DNA of 64,000 nucleotides from Macrostomum lignano (Eukaryota): NCBI GenBank assembly GCA_002269645.1, contig NIVC01000020.1, positions 1 to 64,000 of the forward strand, read 5' to 3'. Shown piece by piece: positions 19,768 to 30,992 of this stretch (position 1 is its first letter; each line of letters starts with the position of its first letter). The notes under the pieces were generated by a model. It saw only the letters and a program-made list of their open reading frames with translations, ran no database searches and was not told where the DNA came from. The position numbers and the translations under genes were made by a program.

Positions 19768-22700
19768 TTGTTGTTGTTGTTTAAGCTGACAAATCCGGGG
19801 GCGGTTCTCCCGGCCACTCCACCACCACCACCGGCCGCAACCCCTGGAGCCACCTCCAGAACTCCAACGGCCGCGCCGTGGTGTCCGTAAGGCTACTGAC
19901 GCCCTCAATCCCGTACCGCCTTCTACCTCTCGCAAGCGCCAAACAGTTGCATATGTGCTCCACCGTCTCCACCTCCTCCTCGCACGCCCTGCACGCCGCA
20001 CTGCCGTCATTGCCCAGCTTGGCTCGGTAACCAGCCAGGTCCAGCGAGTGACCCGTCCGGAAACGCCTGAAGCGAACGGCCTCCTCCCTGCTGCGAAACG
20101 GTAGCTCCGGCGGCTTCCTGCCCTTAGCACCGTAGGTCGCTTTGCTCCGGTCATGCTTCCACTCCTCCTGCCTTCGCAGCCACTGACTGAGCTCACGCGC
20201 CACCGTACTGGAGAGGACTCCAACACCGCCTTGGTCTAATTGCGTCGCCTCGCCTGCCACCTTGTCCGCCGCTTCATTCCCCCACAAGCCGCTATGTCCC
20301 GCCACCCAACCCAGCTGCACCTCAATGCCCGTCTCTCCCAGCCTCTCCAGCCTGCAACGGGCCTCCGCGGCCAGCGGGTTCTTGCCACTCCTCGCAATGG
20401 CTGCCAGCCCGCTTTGGCTGTCGCTGATCATCACAGCCGCCTGCCCGTCCCGCAACTCCTCCTCCATCCACCTCAATCCCAGCAGAATGGCCCTGAGCTC
20501 CGCCTGCGTGGATGAGCAAGGTGAGCCCGCCGGCGCTCTCAGCTCGGCTAGCACCGTCCGCTTGCCCTCCCGGTCATTGTCGCTCGGAGCGCACACCACC
20601 GCTCCCGCCCCTCCTTTGCCGTTTTTCACAGACCCATCGGTGTAGATGATGCAGTCTGGCCTCCTCTGCTCCATCAGCAGTCCAATTCTTTCCAGCGCCT
20701 TCCTCTTGTCTTCCTCCGCCACTCCCTCTCTCTTCCCGAGTGCCTTCACCACTGCCTCCTGGCCTCTTCTCCACGGCTTCTCCAGCGGTCGTTCCTCCAA
20801 CGGCGCTACCACCATACTCGCCCTAACAAGCAGCTCCTCCGCCTGACTCCGCCAGCCCCGCCTCGACAGTCGCTGCCTGGGTCGAGAGTCGGCCAGACGC
20901 CGTCTGCTGTCCTCCGTCTTGTGCCTGCGCCATCGATCCAGCTTTGCCGCCCAGCGCGCCTGACATATCTGACGCACGGGCACCAGTCCGCTCTCCGCTT
21001 GCAGGGCCTCGACCGGGGTAGTAGCCACCGCTCCCGTCATAATCCTCGCCGCGCACCTCTGCAAAACCTCCAGCCGCTGCCAGTCCACGTTCGCGAGCCA
21101 GGGCGTCCAGGCAGGAGCACCGTACAGTAGCCGGCTCTGCATCAAGGCCACATAGGTCTGCCTGCCCAGCTTCAGGTCCCAGCCCCAGCTGCTGCTCGAC
21201 ACCCGCCGAAGTAGCGCCAGCTTCTTCCTACCTTCCGCGATGACTCCGTTCAAGTGCATCTTGAACGTGAGTCGCCTGTCGTAGGTGAGGCCAAGGAACC
21301 GTGGCTCACGGCACCACGTCAGCGGTCTGCCTCCCAGGCGCACATCATGCTCTAGCGGCTCGACTTCTTGCTTTTGGGTGCTGAAGCAGGTCAGGGAACA
21401 CTTGCCCACCGAGAGAGGCAGCAGCCACCTGTCGCTCCAGCTTTCCACCTGCGCCGCCGCTTCCGCCTGGACCTCCATCAGCCGCTCCATCTTGTTGCCG
21501 CTAGTCCACGTCGCCAAATCGTCCGCGAACCCACTCAGCCGAAGGCCCTCGATCTCTTGCAGCTCTTTCAACAGGTCATTGATGAAGACGATGAAGAGCA
21601 GCGGTGATAAGACCGAGCCTTGGGGGAGCCCTTGCCTGAACACCTCGCTTCTACCGTCCACACCCCCAACGCAGACCTTAGCCAGCCGGTTGCACAGCCA
21701 ACTACGGATCCAGCGGATAATAGTGCCACACACGCCGGCTTCCAGCAGCTTCATCATGAGCCCCACACGCCAGACCTTGTTGAAGGCGCGCTGGAAGTCA
21801 AAAAGCGCCAGCAGACACTGGTCTTTCCTCTGGAAGGCGTCGTCAACTTCCTGCGTCAGCCTGAGCAGCTGATCCTCACAGCTCCTGCCAGCCCGGAAGC
21901 CAGCCTGTGCATCGCAGAAGAAGCCATCGCGCTCCAGCTTGAATCGGATGCGGCTGGCGATGACCCGCTCCATCCACTTGCACAACCCAGCCGTCAGGCT
22001 GACCGGTCTGTAGGATCCTAGATGTCTAGGGTCCTTCTGCGCCTTTAGCAGCGGGATGATGCGCGCCGTTCTCCAGACTTGTGGCGTCTCACCTTCCTTC
22101 AACGACCTGTTGAAAAGCCCCAGCACCGCACGCACGGCCTCGCCAGGGAGAGCCTTCAGCAGTTTGGGGTGCACACGGTCTGGCCCTGCCGCCTTTGACC
22201 CGTCGATCTCCTCCCTCGCGCGCAGCAGCTCCTCCATCGTGATCGTTTTACCATCCTCCGCCTCAGGTCCTACCTCTCTCAGTCTCTTGTTAACCACCTC
22301 GCTCAACTTTTTGTGCTCCCTCGGGATATCGACCTTGCTCACCCCCGCATACTCCTTCACAAAGGCGTTAGCCTTGCTCCGATCCGACAGGCAAACACGT
22401 CCCTGGTGTTCAAGGGCTACATCGCTACGTCCACCGCTTCTGCTGCCACCCAACCGCCTCAGCAGGTCCCACATCTTGCCATAAGACGCATGCTTCTCAA
22501 CCGCCTTCTGCCACTCCTCCGATTTCTTCTCTCTGATGGTCTGCACCAACTCTTCGCTTTTGGTTCTCCAGCTGCCCTCTCCATCCTCCTCGGCGCTCGC
22601 TTCCTGCCTCTCCGCGTCCCTGGCTTCCATCTCCGCCTTGACTTCATCGTCCACCTCCACCTTCAGGTTCCTCGTGCTTCTCACCCTCGTGCCAACCTTC

Positions 22701-23192
22701 CTCCTCGCCGCCGAAATGATCGCCGTGCTCAGCTTTGCTTCTGCCTCGGTGAACGATCCCTGGTTAGGGTCAAAGTCCCGCAGACCCACGCACACCTCCT
22801 CCGCAAACCCATCCCAGTCCGCCTCTCTCCAGTTCCACGAGATGAACTTCCGGCTTTTAACGGTCGGCGCCACCCCTCCCCGCTCCACGATGATAGGCCT
22901 GTGGTCCGATCCCAGCCCCGCGATCACTCGCCAGCTCCACTCCGCCTCTTGCACCTCGCCCACGGCAGTGACATCCGGCGCCGAGTCGCTGCTGCCCGCC
23001 CTGCCATCCCTCGTCTTGTCTCCATTGTTCAGCACCGCCATGCGCCTATCCGCCAGCCAGTCGGCCAAGATCTCGCCCCTGTGATCACCTTCCATGGAAT
23101 TATCCCAGAGTTCGTTGTGCGCGTTGAGATCGCCCGCTATCAACCATTCCTTGCCAGTCGGTATCTGGCTCAGGGCGGCTGCCGTCACCTTT
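19768..23192 (-). mobile_element. 5'-truncated I-group non-LTR retrotransposon (APE-RT-RNase H-Cys/His), intact 1135-aa frame
   Basis: AGDLNAH/SDH endonuclease remnant, PQGSVLSP and FADD RT motifs, YTDGS RNase H, C-term CRAC..HICNC. (AAC)n tail directly after the stop. (CTG)6 on both flanks. Confidence 0.95.
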
Positions 23193-23224
23193 CTGCTGCT
23201 GCTGCTGCTGTAGGATTGTTAAAC

Positions 23225-23500
23225 TTTTTAATTACCGGCAATAAGGGAAAGGGGGCGTTCGCCTCCTGATCTCTCCGACGTGACGAATTTATATGCTAGC
23301 GAGCCAACGTGATTTACCAGCGCGTTGAGCATTATCAACAGTGTGGTCTCGACACTTGTTTTGTGTTAGAGTTTGTTAACAACTCGAAGAACTATGCCAT
23401 TGACGCGCAGCACACCCAGCGACTCGGCCGCTTCCTAAACCATTCAAGGAAAAGTCCGAATTGTGTTGCCAAAATTATTTCAGTGCCTGTGGCCGACAAA
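23225..23500 (+). pseudogene. SET-domain (SETD8-like) copy 2, truncated by a LINE
   Basis: TGNKGKGAFAS*..YAIDAQHTQRLGRFLNHSRKSPNCVAKIISVPVADK, homologous to copy 1. Confidence 0.85.
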
Positions 23501-25195
23501 GCGCTTGATGTAATGCTCACTGCGTTTTTCCCCAACGAGCCAGCTAACCAGACAACTCCGGATCACTCGGAGGGAGGTCACGCGCTGGCTGCCTCTATCA
23601 TCACGGAGGGCCGCATCGTGAGAGCGGCTACTTCCTTCAAGCCTTTCAAAGCCCCAGGACCCGACAGCATTGTACCGGCCCTCCTAAGAGAGGCAGTTAA
23701 ATGCCCAGGCTTCCTGCGCAAACTTTGCAGCCTTCTTCGGGCATGCATCACGCTTGGTTATGTCCCACAGGCTTGGACCGAGGCAAAGGTGATTTTTATC
23801 CCTAAGCCAGGCCGCCCGGACTACCATTCTATCAAATCCTTCAGGCCGATCAGCTTGACTTCTTCCCTGGTCAAGCTGATGGAGAGACTGGTGCTTTGGC
23901 GCCTTCTCTCTGTTGAGCTGAAGAACAAACCTCTCAGCGAGAACCAGCACGCTTTTCGGGCGGGTCGCTCCACTGAAAGCGCGCTGCACATCCTGGTCGA
24001 TAAACTCGAGAAGGCCGTGCTTGGTAACGGCTTTGCTCTGGGGATCTTCCTGGACATCATTGGCGCCTTCGATGACGTCCTCTTCGAGGCGTTCCGAAGA
24101 GCTCTTTGTGAGAGGCAAACGCACTCACATCTCACCAGATGGATCATGTACATGATCAGCCATCGCACGGCCACCGCCAGTCTGCTGGGCTACCAGAGGA
24201 CGGTCCCCGTCTGCAAAGGTAGCCTGCAAGGTGGGGTGCTGTCTCCAGTTCTCTGGAATATGGTCATTGATGAGCTCCTCCGGGATGTTCGGCCTGACCC
24301 CATTCTGAAAGTTGAATATGCGGACGATGTCACCGCGGTGGCATCTGGTCCGTCCCCTAATACCCTCAGGGACCTTCTTCAGAACTTCATCTACGCCGCT
24401 GAGCAATGGGCGGATCACTGTGGCAAGGACCACTAGGAATTCACTTCGTTATATCTAGTTATATCTATATCTCTTCGTTATATCTATATCTCGTCAAGTC
24501 TAGTAGTCCTTGCACAGTGGTTTAAGGCTCTCTGAGACTAAGACCGCAGCGATCATGTTCACCAGCAGTACCAAGTGGCAGATTAGGCCGCTCACGCTTT
24601 ACGGAAGGAAAATCCCCTTCTGCAAGCAGACTAAATGTCTAGGTATTACCCTGGACCACAGGCTGAACTGGTCACCCCACGTTCAAGCAAAAGCCAAGAA
24701 TGCCTTCGCAGTCCTCGCGCAACTGCGCCTCTGGTGGATCTACACTACAATGGTTAGGCCCGCTATCTCGTATGGCGGCCTGATCTGGACTAGCGCCCTG
24801 CAGATAAAGACCTGTCTGGAGGCTCTCAGGAGAGCGCAAAGGCGCGCATGTCGCATGATCATGAGCGACCCTCCGTGCTCCTTACGATGGCCTCAACGCC
24901 TTCCTCAACATTCCTCCGTTGGACATCTTTGTCCGCAGGGAAGCGGCTAAGAATGCCCGCCGTCTAGCTGACGCTAGCATTCGAATCCAGCCCCATAGGG
25001 CCATGGCTAAGCGTAAGCTTCTGCCCCACGCCGACCTCTCCCTCAAGGACTTGAGAGACAGTGGCGGGCTCCACGTCTTATCTGACGGCGAACCACGCAC
25101 TCTTAACCTTTTTCAGCGCTACAAGGTCACCACCCCCTCTAGGGATGCTGTCAACGACCACTGGAATTTTCAGGAGGTCCATTGCTACACGGACC
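23501..25195 (+). mobile_element. Degenerate 5'-truncated non-LTR retrotransposon (R1/LOA-like RT plus start of RNase H)
   Basis: KAPGPD, FRPISLTS, QHAF, QGGVLSPVLW, EYADD, YLGITLD-like, and HCYTD at the end. Frameshifts present. Confidence 0.9.
24424..24512. mobile_element. 89-bp MITE inside the RT
   Basis: TIRs caaggaccactag / ctagtagtccttg. 8-bp TSD cactgtgg / cacagtgg. Removal restores ADHCGLRLSETK. Confidence 0.85.
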
Positions 25196-27639
25196 ACCCT
25201 GCAGCTAAGTCAAGTAAGGCAGGCCGTCCCCGTAATCTGGGCCGTCTTGACTCCGGAGGGCCATTAAGGCAGTTTCCTATGATGTTGAATTGGCATTGTC
25301 ACATCGAACAGCTGGTTAAGAAGTCTGAGACGGGCACTGAGACATGCGTAAACCAACCAAGTGCTCCCGATGGTGAGATTATTAGACAATCCGATGACTT
25401 AAATGACGCAGAGTCAACCAATGACCAACATCAATAAATGAAATTAAGAGACTGGACAAAATTGACTAAACCTGACCGGTTTTCCTGATGTTGTGTCTGA
25501 GACTAAATTTATTTATGGCCTTAGCTCGTGAAACATTCTAAATGTTATAAGAGTAATAATTAAAGCTCACGGCACAAAACTTTTCAAGCGTAGTTTTGGG
25601 CCACTTGCCATTAAGTAAAACATTTGATTTCTAACCTTATGTTTGAGATCTCGGAGACTCAACAAACAGTAAATAGAGAGCATTAGACTGCTGCTGCTGC
25701 TGCTACAGCAAATTTAAATTGAAAAAGCAAGAAGTCGAAATAAAGAATGACATGACAGATAGGCTGTCACGATGACAGAGTTCTCTTAATCTATATTGCT
25801 TTTATATAACATAGAACAAAAACTGTAAAGCATTGCCATCTAAACTGTACGTCAAGTCTCTACTTTAAAGCTATGCTATGCAATAAAATAGGTCCCTATG
25901 GAATCTCTTTGCGAACAAATATTCCATATAGCTCCTATTAGGCATAGCAGAATCTGTCAGAAGTTGAACTTACCCAGTCAGGTCCTTTGCTAAAAAAAAC
26001 AAAGCCTCAGATTTGCTCGCTGCTCGCTCGCCTCTGCTGAATACAAGCTGGGGAAAGGCGCTCAGAATGAACTGCACTGCAACTGAGCCCACAGATCATA
26101 GGCTAAACTGGGGAGATTGCGAAAGCTGCTAAAATCAAAATTCTCAATACAGGGCGCTAAAATCATAGTCTATGGCCGAGCTTCGCAACTAACCGAATTG
26201 AGCTAAGCAAATGATAAAGCGATAGGCTGTGTAAAGCGGTCAGTGTAGAGAAATAAGGTGGGGCGCCGGGCCCAAATTGGTATTTATGACATTGAATTGG
26301 AGGGGAGGGTTGAGTCCATGAGGCAGCGTTTGAGCCTGCCGCTGTACTTGCGCTAAATGACTAATTAAATGACTATTATTGAGTTATTGATTGCGTACAT
26401 CTAGTGTGCACACCACCCCATTTAGTCCACGTGCGCCCCGCCACCGCCCCGCCAATAATTATTTTTTGTATCGATTTTGTTAGCATCGTTTATGACTAAT
26501 AATATATCGAAACAGAGACATCGTTATTTTACCAAATCATCGTGCTTACTTAGTTGAACTCCTAAACAACGCGACAGTCCTAATAATAAACGGAGGGGTG
26601 GAATGCGCGGCTAAGGAAAGAGGCGAGATTGAGGAGCCAATCAGAAGGCAGCTAGGGAGAAAAAGATAAGAATAACAAGATTGAATTGGACAGAGAGGTC
26701 CAGAGAGAACGGGTCCATGAGAATTGGCCGCAGACAGGACGAACTGGCCGCCCAGATTTGCCGCAGTGCATTGTGCCCGTAAGCGAAAAGTTTTTCTCGC
26801 TGATGAATATTCTATAATATATCGTTAAAATACACTCAGCAACTTTGAAAAAGTCGACAATTCTATGCGCCAGTGAGCAATTTCTCTTGGACTATTCTGA
26901 AATAAAAGACACGAGAAAACTGATCGGGTTAGCTTTAATCCGCCCAACCCTCGCACATCGCTGCTCCACTTCATTCCTCAACTCAAGTCTGCCGCGGCGT
27001 AGCTGAGTTGCGACACTCGCAAAGATTGAGAGACCTGCACTCTCAAAAGTGGCGAACACAGACGGAATCTTCTGTGATTGCGACTTTTCGATGTTGCTGA
27101 GTGATATTTTCCCGTAATGCTTAGCAAGTCCTAATAAAGAGATTTAAAGAGATTTACCAGATCCAACAGCTGGCAGGCCACATCATCCGCGCCGAGTCGT
27201 ACTGCCCAGAGCCGGTGCTGCTGCTGACGCTGCAGGCATCCTACCGGCGGGGCAGGCGCGCACTCGGCGTTTCGTCGACTGCCTGCTGGCTGACGCCGGC
27301 GCCCCCGGATTCGGCCGGCGGCGTGGCGTTCGTTCGCGACCTGGCCTTGAAGCGCGCCCTGTGACGCTAATTGCGTATTTTGTTGTTTGTTGTTGTTACG
27401 CCTACCATTTCTCTCCTGATTTCTAAATTGCCCAATGTCTAGATTGCTGTGCTCTTTTCCGCCGCGGAGAGCGAAGTGCAACCCACTTACGCATTTGCGA
27501 AGAAGCTGCATTGGAGAACTGTTGCCCAGCACAGGTTCCCAGAGTTTTTTTCTTCATTGTCACTGATCACGCTTCAATGATCAATGCGACATGATTAAAG
27601 TCAATTGAACCTAACCAACTCACCAACCCAATAGACTTA

Positions 27640-28079
27640 ATCGCTGTTGGAGGAGCCGGGCTTGCAGCCCTCAGCTTATTAACTGGAGGAGCTGCCCTGC
27701 TGGCTGCTGCTGTCGGTCCTGCCGCCGCTACCACTGGTGCCGCTGCCGGTGCCGTTGCTGCAACCACTGTAGCTGACGCGGAGACAAAACAACAGCAGAC
27801 TAGGGACTCGAGATGGCTGTTATAGTAGCAAATATTGAGAGAATTCTCGACAAGGCCGGATGCATCCGACTAGACGAGGACATCGAGGCGCTGCAGACAC
27901 TGTTGGAGCTGCTCAGCAGGGATGAAAGCCCGGACGAAGGCGGTGGCGAAGCAAGTGGAGCTGGATTTCTACTTCTGGGCCAGGACGGCCGCATCGCTCG
28001 GCAGCAGGAGCAGCGCGATGCAATGGATGCAGAGATTGCTGAGTTGGAGGCCAAGATGAGGATGCACGGCATCAAATAG
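27640..28079 (+). pseudogene. Coiled-coil plus Gly/Ala transmembrane-hairpin protein, paralogue A (5'-truncated, frameshifted)
   Basis: AVGGAGLAALSLLTGGAALLAAAVG..; C-terminus ELEAKMRMHGIK matches paralogue B. Confidence 0.75.
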
Positions 28080-28526
28080 ATAAAATTTTCTTATCTTTTC
28101 ATTAAAAAACTAACTTCAAATTTATTGTAATGTTTCTTTGGTTTCATTTAGGCAGAAGCAGGAAGAACTCAGAGTAGTTCTACAATAGTTTCGATTTACT
28201 ATTTACACCAGACTTAAAATAAATGTAATTTTTCTCGAAGTGGTACTTTCATTCATTGAGCTGGTATTGTAGCTTATGTTAGTATGTTAGTATACTGCTT
28301 TTATTACCATCCTTTACAGCTATACTGAGTACTATTGAAGTAGTATTTCAAATACGAGTGGTACTTTTGAAGGTGTATTATACGAAGTTTAATTCGAAAA
28401 TGATTGCTTAAATATCACATCTCCGTGCCAAGATTTGGACACCAACATTTTAACGACACAGAAAGTGAAATAGAATACCAATGTCTGATCTTGCTTCGAT
28501 TTCGGTCTCGGGGTTGCCCCGGAGCG

Positions 28527-29165
<639 letters not shown>

Positions 29166-29773
29166 GCCATGAACCACGCTTTCAAGAGCAAGATTCTGCA
29201 AAGCTTGTCATAGCAGATTGCAGACTTGCAGACTGGTGCTGCGGCACCGAGCTGTGCATTGAGCTTATTAGAAAGGGAAGTTCGGTTTAATTAATATGCA
29301 CACCCGCAACTGCAGGAGCGTTTTGCCTCCAGCTGCGAGAATCTCAAGGTAAGGCAAAACACGTGCGTTTTGAGCCCATAATTCATTGAAATTATCGTAC
29401 GCCATTGTTGAGATGCTCGCGAATCAGGGTACCAGGGCAGAGCTGACTTGCACTATGACAAATATGCTCAAGTGGAGGGTAAAATGCAAGAGATAATTCA
29501 TTAAATAGTGTACTGAAAAATGCAAAAATGGCTGTATCTTTAACAAGGTACCAACAACTACGTGAGCACGTGTTTCAGCCCATTCTCATTTTCTATTAAT
29601 TTGGGTGCCAAAACTTTTTTTGGAAAATCAAGCGCGAGCTGCTCACTCTATAATCTTAAATACTTTTCCAGAAACCGAAATTTGCATACGCGAAAAAACG
29701 CGTATAGCTTAAGAAAAGACAATCGTGAAGCAGTTCCAAACAAAAGCAATAAACATAAACTATTTGAAGAGTC

Positions 29774-30691
29774 ATGGCTGAGAAGCTGGGAGAGATCGGC
29801 GACGTCCTGAGCGGCATCAGCAAGGCTGTCAAAACGATGAAGTTGCTTCAAGACGATAGGACCGAACTGTACAGAGTTATCGAGCAAACGAAGAAGCACG
29901 CAAGCGAGGTGGATCAACTCGACCTGCCTAATGAGCCGCAGCTGAAGGAACTGAAGCTGCAGCTGGTAGAAGTGCGGAGCTCCGGATCCAAGCTGGAAGT
30001 CTGGCTCCAAAACTTCGGGAAAGAAATCCAAGTGTTCGAGAGATTCGTGCGAACAAAAATCACGATCAACATTCCCCCAGAAGTAGTCAGGGAGTTCTGT
30101 GAGATGCTTATCTCTACTCATAGAATGGCGAGCGACTTCTCAGCCGCATTCGATGACTTCATCGGCCACTTGCTCAAAGCACAGCAAATCGCCACGAAAC
30201 TCACTGATAAGCTGAAGCAGAAAGCGGATGAGCTGGAGAAGGAAGCGAACAGCACGAGAAACAGGGGAGCGGCAAAGACTGCCGGCCTGGCGATTGGAGG
30301 GATCGGTCTCGCGGCTCTCGGCTTCTTCACCGGCGGACTCGCCTGGATTGCAGCTGGTGCCGCTGCTGGCACAGCCTGCGGCGTTGGAGCCGGTGTGGTG
30401 GCCAGGAACACAGTCGTCGATGTGAAGGCGATGCGTGAGCTGGCCAGAGGCTTCAGAGACGACTCAAACCAACTGGAAGTTATCGCCAAGAGGCTGAAGA
30501 GCAGCGGAGACAAAGCCGAAACCATCCAGCTGGACAAGAAGGCGATCGAAGCGCTGCAGACCGCTCTGGAATTCTATCGCAAAGACCTGGAGAAGGACGA
30601 CCGCATTGCTCTGCAGCAGCAGGAGCTCGATGAACAGAGGGCAAGGATGGCTGAGATGGAGGCTAAAATGAGGATGTACGGAATCAAATAG
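29774..30691 (+). CDS. Coiled-coil plus Gly/Ala transmembrane-hairpin protein, paralogue B (intact, 305 aa); ApoL/alpha-pore-forming-toxin-like architecture
   Basis: Long helical ORF with strong codon bias. Central AGLAIGGIGLAALGFFTGGLAWIAAGAAAGTACGVGAGVV. The family assignment is inference. Confidence 0.75.
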   Translation: MAEKLGEIGDVLSGISKAVKTMKLLQDDRTELYRVIEQTKKHASEVDQLDLPNEPQLKELKLQLVEVRSSGSKLEVWLQNFGKEIQVFERFVRTKITINIPPEVVREFCEMLISTHRMASDFSAAFDDFIGHLLKAQQIATKLTDKLKQKADELEKEANSTRNRGAAKTAGLAIGGIGLAALGFFTGGLAWIAAGAAAGTACGVGAGVVARNTVVDVKAMRELARGFRDDSNQLEVIAKRLKSSGDKAETIQLDKKAIEALQTALEFYRKDLEKDDRIALQQQELDEQRARMAEMEAKMRMYGIK

Positions 30692-30777
30692 ACGGAATAT
30701 GTTGTGCCCTGAAAAATCGCCTTGACCGTTATTTACTCTTTCAATGATAGACTTGATTCTTTACTTTCTTTACTTTA

Positions 30778-30992
30778 CGAGTTATCTATAACCTCTTACT
30801 TATCTATAACCTCTTACTTATCTATAACCTCTTACTTATCTATAACCTCTTACTTATCTATAACCTCTTACTTATCTATAACCTCTTACTTATCTATAAC
30901 CTCTTACTTATCTATAACCTATTACTTATCTATAACCTCTTACTTATCTATAACCTCTTACTTATCTATAACCTATTACTTATCTATAACCT
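30778..30992. repeat. 18-bp minisatellite (TTATCTATAACCTCTTAC)
   Basis: About 12 copies visible. Confidence 0.95.
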
